The position numbers and the translations under genes are program-made. This document shows, piece by piece, positions 24,470-38,580 of a DNA stretch of 64,000 nt. Location of the stretch: positions 17,243,629 through 17,307,628 of the forward strand of contig NC_092384.1 of assembly GCF_030028105.1 (NCBI RefSeq), in the 5' to 3' direction. The notes below the pieces were generated by a model that made no database searches, was not told where the DNA came from, and saw nothing but the letters and a program-made list of their open reading frames with translations. This stretch comes from Mobula birostris. Taxonomy: Eukaryota. Every line of letters begins with the position of its first letter. Positions within the stretch are counted from its first letter, which is position 1.

Positions 24470-26100
24470 AGGCTGCCAGGTAGGAGTTTAAGATTGGAAT
24501 TACGAGAGATAGAAAGAGCCATGAGGAGACCTTGGCGAGCAGCATTAAGGCAAATTTCAAGGCATTCTACAAGCATGTGAAGAGCAGGAGGATGAGCTAT
24601 GAGAGAATGGGACCAATCAAGAGTGAGGGTGGAAATATATGCATGGAACCAGTGGTGGCATTGGGGGTACCTAATGAATACTTTGCTTTGAAATTCACTA
24701 GTGCAAAGGATCTTGGCAATTGCGGGGATGACTTACAGCGGACTGAAACGCCTGAGAGCATAGACATTAAGTAAGAGGATGTGCTAGAGCTTTTGAAAGG
24801 TATTGTCAGAGGGACCAGAGAAATTCCGGAGGATTGGAAGGTTGCAATTGTTGTTCACTTCTTTGAGAAAGGGAGCAGAGATAACCCAGAAAATTATACA
24901 CCGGTGAATCTGACTTCGGGGGTGAGCTAGTTGTTGGAGAAGATGCCGAGAGTCAGGATTTGTGAGCATTTGGAGAGACATAATCTCATTAGGGATAGCC
25001 AGCATTACTTTGTCAAGGGCAGGTTATGCCTTACGAACCAGATTAAATTCTTTGACGATGTAACATTGATAAAGGTAGAATTGAATTGAATTGATTTGAA
25101 CTCAGTATTTAAATACATGCTCATCTCAGTCTAAAGGTGCAATGCGCAAATTATAATGATTTGTTTAAAAAGTAGTATGTACAACAGGATAGTCAATATA
25201 TCATAAAAATACATTGTGTCAACATGAGTTAAGCAGTTTGATGACCTGGTGTAAGAAGCTGTCCAGGAGCCTGTTGGTCCTGGTTTTTATGCTGCGGTAC
25301 CGTTTCCCAGATGGTAGCAGCTGGAAGAGTTTGTTTCAAAAGCTTTCTTTACGACCCTAGTACCTGTGACGCCACTTTCAGCAAATTATGTATTTCCAGG
25401 TCCTTTTGTTCTGTCACACTACTCAATGCCCTGCCATTCACCGTGTAAGACCTACCCTGGTTGGACCCACCGAAATGCAGCATCACATACCTGTCTATAT
25501 TAAATTCCAACTGCTATTTTCAGCCTTTTTCCTGCTGATCCAGATCCCTCTGCAGCCGGAAAAGCCTTCCTCGCTGTCCACTACACCCATAATCTTGGTG
25601 TTATCCGCAAATTTGCTGATCTAGTTATTCACATTATCTTCCAGATTGGTAATACAGATGCAAACAGGAACGGACCCTGCACAGATCCCTGCGGCATGCC
25701 ACTAGTCCTCCAATCAGAGAGATAACCATACAATGCTATTTTTTGGCTTCTTCCACAATGTCAATGGCTAATCCAATTTACTACCTCGCCGTGAATACCA
25801 AGCGACTGAACCTTCTTGAGCAACCTGCCATGTGGGCCTTGTGAAATGTCTTACTAAGGTCGCTGTTGGCAACATGCACTGTCTTCTCTCCAACCACTTT
25901 ACTGGCTCAGAACACTATAAGATTAGTTAGATAGATATATAGATAGGTAGAAGATAGATATACTTTATTGATCCCGAGGGAAATAAGATCTATCATGTAC
26001 GAAGCCATGCCAACTCCCCTTAATCAGTCAATGTCTATCCAAATACTTCGATATCTAGCCCCCTAGAATAACTTCCAATAACTTTCCCACTACTGCTGTC
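24470..26100. mobile_element. Mosaic of CR1 RT fragments (+ 24470-25080; - 25340-26100) and Rex1-like 3' tails (25080-25330, 25930-25985)
   Basis: KAFYKHVKSRR and NYTPVNLTS on plus; GSVPVCI-type RT on minus; (TTGAA)n and (AGAT)n tails. The Rex1 label is tentative. Confidence 0.6.
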
Positions 26101-27020
26101 AAGTTGGTTGTTATTCAGTCTTGAAGTGGTGTCAGACTCTTCGTGACCTCATGGATTCCTGTACAACAAGTTCTCTTGTTGTAAACTGTCTCTCTAAGAT
26201 CTCCCCAACGTCATACGCATTGCCTGAGTATTATTATCTATCCATTGTAGCCTCTGTCGCCCTCTCCTTCTCTTACCCTCTGTTTTACCTAACATGACAG
26301 TCTTCTCCTAGGAATCCTGTTTCTCATGATGTGGCCAAAATATTTGAACTTTTGTCTCATGCTCACGTCTCCTAATGAGCAGTCTGGCTGTATTTCTTCA
26401 AGTATGTTCTTATCGGATCTCTTTGCTGTCCAACGACCTCTTAACACTATCCTCCAGCAGCAAAGTCAAAGGCTTTTGTATTCAGTCTTACTACTAGTCC
26501 AGCTCTCACAGCCATTCGTTACAACTGGATATACTATAGAATTGACTGTAAAGATCTTTGTAGACATTGTTATGTCTCTGCTCTTCAGTATTTTATCTCA
26601 ATTTGCCATTGCTGCCCTCCCCAGAAGTAAGCGCCATTTAATTTCGTGGCTGTAGTTACCGTCTGTAGAAATCTTTGTACGGAGGAAGACAAAATCCGTC
26701 ACTTCAAACCCAATTGCTTTCCAATTTAAAATTCAATTGCTTTCCACTTCAAAATCCAATTGCTTTCCATTTATTACCATGGAGTTGATAGGGATGGTCG
26801 ACAAAATCTTGGTTTTCTTCATATTGAGCCAAAGCCAGCTTTTGCACTTTCTTCTTTCACTTTAATTAGATGCTTCCTCAGATCCTTCTTAATTTCAGCC
26901 AGTGAGGTAGTATCATCTGCACATCTGAGGTTGTTAATATTTAGTCCGGCAATTTTGATTCCAACATTTGAGTCCTCTAGCTCACCATTTCTCATGATAT
27001 CTTCAGCATATACGTACATT
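26100..27020 (-). mobile_element. RTE-clade LINE fragment
   Basis: GIKIAGLNINNLRCADDTTSLAE...KVKEESAKAG is the typical RTE/BovB RT region. Confidence 0.85.
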
Positions 27021-29145
27021 GATGACCATGCTAATTTTCCAGAGGACCCATTTTGTCCATTGCAATCCTTTTACTCTTAACATATCTCCAGACTCCTTTA
27101 TGATTCTCCTCTTCCTTGTCTGCCATGGAAAACTCATGCCTTCTTTTATTCTTTTGGTCCTCGTAATTTCTTCCTTAAGTATTCTCTTGCATATTGTATA
27201 CTCCATAAGGACCCTATTTTTTCCTAGATGATCATACTTGCTATGCAGCTTTTTTCATAACTAGGGCCTCAATATCTCCTGAAAACGAAGGTTCCTGACA
27301 CCTGTTATCTTTACCTTTTATTCGGACAGGCATATCCAAGCTTTGTACTCTCAAAACTTCACTTTTGCAGGCTTTGCTTTTCCCAAGTATACTTTTGCAA
27401 GAATTTCCTGTCCTAATCCACACTTGCCAGATCCTTTCTGATACCATAAAAAAATGACCTCTCTAGAAATTAGAATAACAACACACGGACCAAAGCTATC
27501 ATTCTGCATATTTACTTTTAAACTAATGAAAATGTGATCACTAGATACAAAGTCTCCTCTGACACGCACTTATGTAACATGCCTCTTCTTTTTCCGTAAA
27601 AGCAGATTAAGTATCGTTGGGACGTCTGATAATGATGATGATAATGATGATATTCGTCTGTCTCGAATGTCAATGGATTTACGCCACTGGAGTGACATCT
27701 CGAGGATACGTCTGGGCCGAAGGTATGGAAATTTTCACATTGTCACGATCGGGCTTACCGGTGCAGTCCAAAGAAAATCGAAATTATATGTTTCACACCA
27801 GTTTGGTAGCAGGAGATGCCGGAAGGATGCTGAGTGACGTCCAGCCCCGTTAGTTGCTCCACTCTGGATTTTCTCCCTGTGTTTCATCACAATGGCTTTG
27901 TCCACACTGAGACTGCCTACAAGGCAGTGGATCTATTTGTCCCTATCTGGGGATCTGGTTCTCGAGCATAAGGACATGTCCACGCGCCGATGAGCCAGCG
28001 TGCAGGGGCCAGACCTCCTCCCCATCCTCTGTAGTTCAGCATGCTCCCGGAACGAGCTCAGATTCGGTTGTCATTAGCGAGGTGGCACCACATGAGGCTT
28101 GCTGTAGGGAGGCTATGCTTTGGAGTGGGGGAGACTTATACATTCAGTTCTACCTGACCAGTATCGTCACCCCTCTTCCTTTAATCCTTCCCGCTCTGTC
28201 CCGTCGAAACAACGGACCCCTGAATATTGAGCTGTCTGTCCTGCACCTCCTACAACTGCGTCTCACTAATGGCTACAATAGCGTAATTTCGGGCGTTGCT
28301 GCATGCCCTGAGCTCACCGCACTTTCCCAATATACGTCTTTTATTGACACATATGCTGATCAGTCATTAGTCACGCCATGCTCAACCTTGTGGTTCCTGA
28401 CTTTTTCTGAGGACTTAACAACATCTGTCTCCATAACCTCTCCATGAACACTTCCAGCATTATCATTCCCATCCCCCTGCAACTCTAATTGCAACCTCAC
28501 CGCACAGCACGAGCAAACCTCCGCGCTGGGATATTAGCCCTCTTGCAGTCCAGGTGCAAGCCGTCTCTTCTGTAAATGTCCCACCTTCCCTTAAAGACAG
28601 CCCAATGATCCAAAATTCCATCGCCTTCCCTCCTACACCAACTCATCAGCCAGATAAAAAGTGGACAATCTTTCTAATCTGCCCTCACTAGTACGTGACA
28701 CAGGCTTCAATCCTGAGATCACAACACTGGAGGTCCAGCATTTTAGTTTAGCAAATAACTCTCTGAACCCACTTTACAGCACGTTGTCACTCTTCCTAAT
28801 GATATCACTGGCAACTACATGGAAAAGGACCTCTGGCTGTTCACTTTCCCATTTAAGACGGCCAAGGACTCAATCCGAGATGTCCTGGACGCTATCACCC
28901 GGGAGGCAACATCAACAAAAAATCTCGTTCTCCTCCACAGAACCTCTTTTCTGTTCTCCTAAGGAATTCCCTACATCCACAGCTCGCCTTTTCTCTGCCC
29001 CCTCCCCCGCATCCCTTCTGAGAAGCTGAGTCAGGCTCAGTGCCAAAGACCCGACCTCTGTAACATTCCCCTGATAGGTCATTCTCTCCAGCAGTATCCA
29101 AAGTAGTATACCTGCTGTTAGGGGGGATAGCCACAGGGTACTCTG
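27020..29145 (-). mobile_element. CR1 fragments (27020-27610; 28080-29145 with ORF1) plus an RTE-related SINE-like repeat (27625-28070)
   Basis: ORF1 PPNSRYTTLDT/LPG motifs; ORF2 linker remnants; (ATC)n tail at 27625-27652. Confidence 0.6.
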
Positions 29146-29544
29146 CGCAGGCTGTTTAGATCCTTCCCCTTCCTGACTGTCATCAAAATATAAATTGCAA
29201 ATAAATATTCTGACAGAACAATTATATTACTTGATTCGTGCTTTCAATAAGAAACAGACAATGAAAGCCGTACCTTCAGCAGTACACGAATATACATGAC
29301 TTGCAGAGCCACAAGGCTGTGCTATAAGCACAAGACATGAATGGGAAGTCCATTAACCACATTCAGAAAAGCTTGAAATGAAAACTCCATGGATATCCTG
29401 GTTAGAATGCACAACTCAAAAAAAATCAGAAGGAAACAAGCGACATCGCATAACAATCAAAGCGCAGATAATGTAGATTAATGAGCAATTTTGTGTAATT
29501 AACTGAAATTCTAGTTTTCATGCAACATTGACCACTATTAGTGG

Positions 29545-30950
29545 TTCAAAGGTACAATTTAATGTCAGAGAAATGTATACAATAGACATCCTGAAATGCT
29601 TTTTATTCGCAACCATTGTCGTGGTTTCTCGTTTCTCACAAACGATAAGGAGACGCAGAAAACTCGTCAAGACGTTTTAAACTTTAATTTGCAAATCAAA
29701 GCTGAGACAATCAGAAAGCTAGTAGCTGACTGCCCATCGAGGCTTGTATACAGTACAGCATTTTTTATAGCAATTTCCTATCTTAGCTACATTATCATAT
29801 CTAGTCGGCCTGTGATTACATATCATCAATATATCCGTTCTCGACTTTCCCCTATTGTTTTACTCCCCAACTTAATTATGTCCTAGTTTACATTTTAGAC
29901 CAGGTGTCCTCTCATCCCTAACCACAGTTACTTCTTAATTAGTCTTGTGTTGACATGCTGCCACATATTTCATCACCTTACTCGTCACCGTTATCTTTCT
30001 ACTTAGTTTCATTCTAGTTCTCTTCATGAATTAATAGTGATTAGGTCAAAAGTCATGGTTACATAGTGAATACCCTCTATTCAGCTAGCAGTGGTGACAT
30101 ATTAAATATAGAAAATTCAATGTGTGCATTTGAGTAAATACTGAAATATTGTTGAGTAAATACTGTAATACATAGAAAATACAATGTATGCGTTTACATT
30201 TTCCAATACCATCCACGAAAACAGAGGATGGCCCCAAGAATGACCAACAGTTAAACGTTAGAACCGCAAAGACGCCCCCTTCCCCTCCCTCCCAAGCGTT
30301 AGCGAGCAACAATTTTCCTCTCCCCTATTGGGAAAAAATAAAGCGCACCCGCTTACCAGCACTTAAGCGTGAGGAAAGCAATAGCAAAGACACAGACCTG
30401 CAGTTAAACCAAAGAATACATTGTTCACCCGATGATTCGAAATGCTGCAGGCTCCCTCTTTCCTAATAAGGGAGAAAGAGGTAATTGTATTTTCCAACTA
30501 GCGGGGAGACATAGCAAACAACTCACTTGTTCACGATGTTAATATTCGGTTACGTCGCTTTTTCGAGCTCTGTGCCTGAAGATCGCAAAGATCCCGTGTC
30601 CCCAGGTACACAGCAGATGTTCCGAATCCGTCAACGACACACGGGTCTCCTATGGCGACATGTACCCTTGATTGGCCCGTCCCAGTTCCTGGAGATCCCA
30701 GACTTCGGAATCCGTGCCGAAATCTTAGGCCGAGACTTTGGCATGCGGAATAGCGGCCGATTGTTGAACGCCGAAAGCGGATCCCATTCCTGCAAAGAAC
30801 CGTAGTCAGCGTGTAACTCCAGGTCAGGTTCTTCAAAAGAACCAGAAAGGGAAACATAGAGACATTAAAGAGGGAAGTAGAACTATTTTCGAAAATGCAA
30901 GTAAATGAGTCGCCGTTGGGCGCCATAACTACGTAGCTCCGTCTCCTCCT
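29545..30950 (-). mobile_element. Unclassified interspersed repeat interrupted by a 592-bp LTR-like insert (29617-30208)
   Basis: Insert starts TGTC and ends CAATA (degenerate CA); 4-bp TSD CCAT at 29613-29616 and 30209-30212; host reads continuously across it. Host family recognised only from memory. Confidence 0.5.
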
Positions 30951-33583
30951 TACACGATCTAAACGTGTTATTTAAATATATAATCGTAAAGCCTCAGAGT
31001 AAAATATACCGTGTTTGCATGGAATTACTATTCAACTTCGTCGTTCCTCGGAATATTTACAAGCATCTTTGAAAATGTTAAATAATAATTGAAATAAAAT
31101 GAAACTACTTAACGGATTCAGTGAGCCAGGCAGTGCGGGTGAAGGCAAGCGGGTATATAATGTTTTAATTTGGAGACACGGGATTTAGTGTGTAGAGGGG
31201 AAAATAAGCAATATATTAATCTGAAAACGAGGTGTGTGACCGGTGATAGGTGGAACCAAGCTCCTGGGATGGAATGGTGGAGTGTTTGCTAGCGTAGCGT
31301 GAAAAGTTTGATTCAATTTACTCATTGCCGATTCCTGCAAGGACATATAACAACGGTCGAGTCAAACATGTTTTATTAAGATGGTTTAAAAGATATATAT
31401 TGGACAGTTAATGGGAGATTTCGTTATCATCGAAGAAAACGATACCGTGGGATTAATGCTGCTCATTCTGCAGTGCAAAGCGACCTTTATTCAACATGTT
31501 TAGTGAAACGCATTTTGCGTGAAATACACCCTCAGTGATTCTCCGAAGCATTTTTAACCGAGGTTCAGAATCACGTCTGGTGTTTAAAAAATAAGATATC
31601 GTTTATCGTTTTTTTTGGGATTATTTATCGGTAGAGGAGTGTTTCTCAATTAAGTGTAGCAACTCAAAGCGTAAGAGTTGGAGAGCGGGAGGAGGTGGCG
31701 TGGGGGAGAGGTATCGTCATAACAGCGTAGCAATCCGAGATGTCGCCTTCTCCAGGCCGGCGCAGTGACAGAATGCACTTGATTGGGATGATTCAGAGGA
31801 ATTTTCAAGTTTACAGATATTTAGAATCACTGAACCCGTTATCGTTTATGTTTTTTTTATTTATTTACTTTCTTTATCAGACAATAGTTAATATTTTTTT
31901 CCAAATAAATGTACTACACACGTCCTTTTGCATCAGTATTAGAGAGCACTTTTATTTTGCACAGCGCATTCACCAATGCGAGCAAATAATGATACAAGCT
32001 TGAAATGACGTCCTGAAAAACACTTCAGAAAATATCATCAGCACTTCGCACGCTTGAGAAATTGGTCTGCTCTTGTGACTTTGCCCTTCAGAGAAATGGC
32101 GAACGGTTATTTGTGTTTTTAATGAGTAGATGAAAAAAAATGAATAAGAAAGATAAGAGTACAAAGATGCTGTCAATTCCAAACGAGATAAACTGTGGAT
32201 TTTCACTTAGTCATAGTCATAGTCATCGTCATAGTCATATTCATAGTCATACTTTATTGATCCCGGGGAAAATAGTTTTCGTTACAGTTGCACCATAAGT
32301 AATAAATAGTAATAGAACCATAAATGGTTAAATAGTAATATGTAAATTATGCCAGTAAATTATGAAATAAGTCCAGGACCAGCCCAATATCAAAACAATA
32401 TTTAAAAGTGGAGATATTGACGAGATTTGAGATGTGAATTGACGTGGGAGAAGGAAGTGAATGAATGGTTCTCAAAGGGAAATCTATCCCAGCCAGCATA
32501 TCACACAGAATAGATCTGAGCGGCACACACTTGTTTCGAAGGGTGTACGTTTATATCATTTTCGCTAATATCTCTGGATTACCGAAACTCTGTCAAAAAT
32601 AGATTGTTGTTTGCACTATCAGACAGGGGATTTATTTCACTGTCGTTCCTCTCTGTGTGACAGGGCCCTGAATTACCCCTATGAACTGTGCTTTTGAAAA
32701 GCGAGAGAGAGGTGCCCAACACAAACACCTTGTTAAAAAGAGAGAGAAAGAGAGAGAGAGAGAGAGTGAGAGAGAGAGAGAGGGGCGAAGACTGCTCACA
32801 GCATGTTTATACTTCTTACAAGGACGCTGCCTGCTTAGAAATTCTTACAGAGAGGGAAGGGAGGAGCTGTTTGAGAGACAGCTGGTATGGAATTCAGCAC
32901 GGGGAGATAAATAGAAGGTCAGATGATAGACGTAGAGACACGTGATTTTGGACACTGAACGAACTTTGTTGTGCCCACAGAAAAGGTGGGTTTTTTGAAG
33001 ATTGATCAGGCGGATCGGTCAGTGGCTCTCGCAATGTGGCAAAGGCGTGACCGGTGGTGAGTTGTCTGTACCCAACCCTCGGCTGAGTTGATAATTCCAG
33101 GACAGAAGAACGGTCAACTTTGTTGTGATCCCAGTCGGTGACTTCTAAAGGATTTCGGAGGAGAACGGGAAGATCGCCGGCGTCAGCTCACCTGAAGACT
33201 CAAATCTTTCCCTCTGTCTCTCCATCACTACTCAACTCAATACCACGAACTGAACTGAACTTTAGTCATCTTCTTAAGACTATCTATTTACCTCTAGACT
33301 TGAAGGAGCTTGGTTTTCATATATTCTCACATTTATATATAATCATTGCTAACCTGTTTTATATATCTGGATTTATATTACTGTATTGCGTAGTTACTAA
33401 TAAATTCCATTAGTTAACAGCAAAACCGGATTCCAAAGTGTTTTCCATCTGTGCTGGGGCTTTAACCCGTCACGAGGTACGTGACAAAATTGGGGTCTGC
33501 TTCCGTGATATGAATAAATTGGGTGCGAGGCTTGTTAGGATCGAAAATCCCTTTTGATTTGTTTGTGTGACGAAACAGCAGAA

Positions 33584-33850
33584 ATGGATGTTAGGAAATT
33601 TCTGGCATCGCCAAACCATGTGGTCTTGAAGAGAGCTAAAAAGGATGAGTTGCGGACAATTGTTGAGGAATTGGAACTTAAGACGATAAAGAAGGGTATG
33701 AGTAAGGTAGAAATTCAAAGAAAAATAGTTGAATATTATGTTTCGACGAAGAAATTTACCGAGGATGTGTTGAAAATGTTTGCTGAAGGTAAAGTACTTA
33801 CTGAGACTGAGCTTCAGCTTCAGTTGGAAAAATTAAAAACTGGAACATGA
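33584..33850 (+). pseudogene. Gypsy gag N-terminal remnant
   Basis: ORF just after the PBS (MDVRKFLASPNHVVLKRAKKDELR..., coiled-coil end); the downstream gag/protease region is deleted or degraded. Confidence 0.6.
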
Positions 33851-35197
33851 GTTTCAACTTAAACCGCTTGAGGCTAGACAGCCAGGCATACAGAAAGAAG
33901 GGGCAGAAAGACAGAGACAGTTCGAGAGGGAGATGAGACAGCTAAGAGGTTTAGTGTTAGAATTTGATAATTTTTATAGGTCAGAAGGGCTTCTGTTTTT
34001 TGATGAATTTAACAGTTGTGTGCCTTATTATGTAGGGGCATAACTAGATGAAGAGGATACCGCCTCCCTGCGGGGGTCTGCTAAGACAGCGGACGAAGTT
34101 GTTTTAACCCACGAGGTTGCGTTTACTCCAGATGAGAGTTACCCACAGAGTAGCTGGGAGGTTCAGGGTGACCTTGAGTTTGAAACTTTGACACGTGATG
34201 AAATCCCAGAAGAGGCAGCTGTCCCGATTGCCTGTATTCAGGTTGTTGAAGTACCTGTGGATTCATAGGGTACTGAACATTGTGTTGAAACTCAGTAAAG
34301 TTCTTAGTTGTCTGACTTGGTTGGAAAGGAATGCAGTTCTTTTGTGTCAGATGGTTTTGGTTCAGTGAATAAGGGGTTAACCTTGATAACAGAGGAAATT
34401 GAAAATTCTCAGTCTATTGTATTAGACAGTGATCTAAAAGTTAGTGATGGGATAAAAATTGCTGAGGGAGCCGTTACTGAAAATATTGAGAAAAGGGTTG
34501 TTTCTGGTCTTTTGAATAAAGTACTTGTGAAGGTTGGATTGGTTTCGCGACATTTGGCCCTACTTGCAGGACAGGGGCCTGCTGAGGTAGTAAGTGCCAC
34601 TCTGTTGAATTTTGTTTTGACATTTAGAGGTAAACACTTCAAGTTTATGATGTTATTCACGATGATGTTGTGGAGAAGAAAGGGGATTGTTATGTTTTTG
34701 AGGAGACGTCACTGGTGGAAGTTGTTATGGAGACAAGTCGAAATAAGTGCCGTAGCAACGACATAAATGGATTGTGTGGCCTCTTCCACAATGTACACAT
34801 GGTTTTTATAAGTCTGGTGATGATGCTAAGTTTAGTAAACCATCTGGGGAGGTTGACACCTCTCCAAGGAAAGGTTGATTTAACAATTCAACTAATGAGC
34901 CAAACTGTGGCTAATGATCCACACAGGAAGGCTTATGTTTATCCCACATGCATAGTTATTCGAAGCATGTTTAGGAAGTCTGCTGAGGCCTATGATAGCA
35001 AAACCAGGGATTTAAAGTATGGCTTCTCTACCTTCCATGTTACAACAGGTATGGTGTATGAGAAAGTTTTGTCTTTATCGAGGAAGGAATTTATAGAGGA
35101 ACAGAATAAAGATTCTGAAATTGTGGCTGTAAAGCAGGCAGCTGTCACAGAAGAGGATGTTTAGAGAGAGTCATTAGGATATTAACTTAAATACGAG

Positions 35198-36050
35198 GTG
35201 TTAATGAGGAAGCCACTGTGCTTGCAAGTGAGGATTGGGCCATTGAACATCAGGCTGAAAGTTTACAGGGCTGAAATTTTAAACATGGCTTACAGTATGC
35301 CTTTAGTTCGACATGGAGTGAGAAAGACAGAGAACAGGATTATGAAGGAATTCTACTGGCCTAATTTAAGAAGGGATGTTGTGAATTGTCGGATTTGCCA
35401 TACCTGCCAGCTTGAGGTGAAACTTAATCAGGTTACTCAAGTAACACCACTTAAACCAATACCTGCTTTTGCTGAACATTTTCCTAGTGTCATGCTGGAT
35501 TGTGTAGGCCTATTGCTAAAGACTGCAGCTGGTCATCAGTATCTGTAAACAATTATATGTGCTGTGTCTAGGTTCTCTAAAACCTTGACTCTTGGAAACA
35601 TCAAGGTCAAGACTGTGGTAAAAGCATTCAGTAGGTTTTTCACACTGATAGGTCTTCCCAAAGAAATTCAATTTGACGAGGGTAGTAACATTACTTCAGA
35701 ACATTCCTAGGGAGAACTGGGAGCTAAGCACCTTGTGTCATCTGCATATCACGCAGAGTCCAAGGGAGCCTTGGAACTGTTCAACTCCACTTTTAAAACT
35801 ATGATTAAAACATATTGTGTGAAAAATGGGGACAACTGGGATGAGCGGCTCCCCTACTCTGATTTACTGTTAGAGACATAATTCAAGTACCCCTGGGGTT
35901 CAGTCCGTTTGAATTCATTTCGGCCATAGGTCCAAATAACCTTTGACCTTGCTCAGGGAGCAATTGTGTAACCCAGAAGTGTGTGTCAAAATGTTAGATT
36001 ATGTTTTAAAAGTCCGGATAAGATTTAATAAGGTTGGGGACATTGCAAAG
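35198..36050 (+). pseudogene. Gypsy integrase remnant (HHCC and core)
   Basis: RHGVRKT..RI..EFYWPNLRRDVVNCRICHTC and DCVG.L.KT..GHQYL, followed by degenerate FDEGSN and SAYHAESKGALE. Confidence 0.85.
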
Positions 36051-36281
36051 GAAAGTTTGCAGGATGTTCAAATTTAAAAAAAGACACTTGTTTGATGAGG
36101 TAGCCCTTGCGAGTACTGTTATGAAAACAAATCGAGTCGTGGAGGTTGGAAATCAGATGAAAAATCATTTTAACCCGCTGAATCTAGTTTGAACAAGATT
36201 TAAGAATTCCATTTTTTTGAAAAATATTACTGAGAAGGTCCATCAGTTGGAACCTACAGCGCAAAAACAATCAAATAATTA

Positions 36282-37487
36282 TTGAGCAAACATAAAGATG
36301 CATTTCCTGACATTCTAAGACAATGTGCATCTGCAGTGCATGACGTCATTGTAAATGCAGCCGAGCCCATCAAAGACCATCTTTACAGAATGAATTTAGA
36401 GGAAAGTAAAATGGTTGAACAAGAAATTGGAAACAATACAGAACAAGGAAAGAGAGTGGGTGACTCTATTGACAGAGTAGGAAAGGCTAAATACCTCACA
36501 AAAATTGACTTGTTAAAAGGATATCGGTGTCTTCCTTTGACAGAGAGGGCTAAAGAGATATCAGCATTTGTGATGCCACCTGGACTGTATGAGTACAATG
36601 TTTTACTCTTGGAGATAAAAAATGCTCCAGGGACATTTCAAAGAATGATCAATTCTGTGATTAGATGTTTAGAAAACAAAGGGGCTTATATCGATGATTT
36701 AGTGGTCTGGAATGACACGTGGGAAGAGCATATTGCTATGGTAGAAAAGCTGTCTGAAAGGCTGTCCAAAGCTAATCTTCCTGTGAACCTCGCTAAAAGT
36801 GAGTTTGGCCATGAGTCAGCTGCATATCTGAGCTACGTAGTAGGCCAAGGCCAACTGGCTCCTGTACAGGCCAAGGTTCAAGCAATTACTAAGGTTTTAT
36901 TCCAACCGGCAAGAATGCTTTAAGAAGATTTTTGGAAATGGTTGGGTATTATCGTAAGTTTTGAAAGAACTTTGCTGCCATCACTTTCCCCCTAACACAA
37001 CTTCTAGGGAAGAGTGAAAGAATTATGTAGAGTGATTTTTGCCAGGAGGAATTTGAATGCCTGAAAACCACCGTGTTATTATCCTGTGCTCAACGAACCT
37101 GATTTTTCCAAGCCATTTTCTATAGCAACAGACGCTAGTGGCGAAGATGCTAGGGCAGTTCTGTTACAGAAGTGAGTGGATGACTTTGAACACCCAGTAG
37201 CCTATTTATCAAAGAAATTTAATGTGCACCAGAAAAATCACTCCACTGTTGAAAAGGAATTACTAGCACTTATTCTGGCTTTACAACATTTTGAAGTCTA
37301 TGTTTGTCCTGCCCAGAGACCACTTGTGGTTTGCGCAGATCGCAATCCGTTGGTGTTTATAACTAAGATGAAGGATAAGAACAGAAGGTTATTAAATTGT
37401 AGTCTGATATTGCAAGAATATGACCTGAGAATCAAACGTATGAAAGGTACTGACAATATTAGAGCTGATTGTATATCCAGATGCTAA
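36282..37487 (+). pseudogene. Gypsy reverse transcriptase and RNase H remnants
   Basis: KIDLLKGY, KNAPGTFQRM and AYIDD (about 36687); TDASG, PVAYLSKKF, TVEKELLAL and ADCISR. Confidence 0.92.
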
Positions 37488-37633
37488 GTTAGAAATTGTA
37501 TACGTTTTTCGCTTTGTCATCCGCTGATTCTACATGTATTGTTTCAAAATCTGAAATCTCCAGTTAAACAAAAATTTTGTCTTCGTCAATTTTTTTTGAA
37601 GGAAGAGGGTGTGATGGGGTCCTGCATTACCCC

Positions 37634-38580
37634 TGTGACAGGGTTCTGAATTACCCCTGTGAACTATGCTTTTGAAAAGAGAGAGAGAAGGTTCTTTAAC
37701 TCCAGCATCTTGTTTTCAAAAGAGAAAGAGAGAGGAAGTCTAACTTTTAGAATCTCACTTTATGCCACGGAGAATAACTTTTGGATTTCTGCTGATTTGG
37801 AGAGAGATAACACCGAACAGCTCCTAAGTCGCTATGGTGACCGAAGGCGGCGTTATTTGATGGACAATCGACGTTACGGTTTTTCTGGAAGTACGTTTAT
37901 ACTTCCCCAAGGACATTTGCCTGCGTGTGCATTTCTTACACAGAGAAAGGAAGGAGGAGTTATATGAGAGATGGTTGGTACTCAGTACGGTGAGATAAAT
38001 AGGAGGTCAGATGATCGACCTCAGACACATGTTTTGGACACTGAATGAGCTCTGTTGTGCCCACATAAAAAGTGGATTATTGCAGGATCGATCAGTGGCT
38101 TTTGCAGTGAGAAAAAGAAGTGACAGGTGGCGAGTTGTCCCTGTGTCTATCCTTGCCTGGATTGATGATTCTACCACAGAAAAACGGGCCCCTTTGTTGT
38201 GGTCACAGTCGGTGACTTTTAAAGGATTTAGGAATACAACGAGAAGATTGACGGGGTCAGCTCAACTGAAGACTCAAATCTCTCCCTCTCTGTCTCTCCA
38301 TCACTAATAACTCAATACCACGAACTGAACTGAACTTTACTCATCATCGTAAGACTGTATCACTTTTACCCCTAGACTTGAAGAAGCTTGGTTTTCAATA
38401 TATATTTCCACACTTACTGATTTACTTACTTATGTATAATCGTTGCTAACCTGTTTGATTTGTCTACATTTATATTACCGTATTGCGTAGTTGCTAATAA
38501 ATATTATGTTAATATCAATACTGGACTCCAGAGTTTTTCCATCTCTGCTGGTTCTTTAATCCGTCACGGGGTACGTGACA
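37634..38580 (+). mobile_element. Related-subfamily solo LTR inserted 24 bp into the 3' LTR
   Basis: TGTGACA...GTGACA; preceded by CCCC and followed by CCC; carries about 170 bp absent from the 5' LTR. Confidence 0.65.

Noticed and set aside
30527-30830. GC-rich minus-strand exon-like segment with a good acceptor and GTGAGT donor
   Set aside because: 304 nt with no recognisable domain in any frame; lies inside the 29545-30950 repeat unit.
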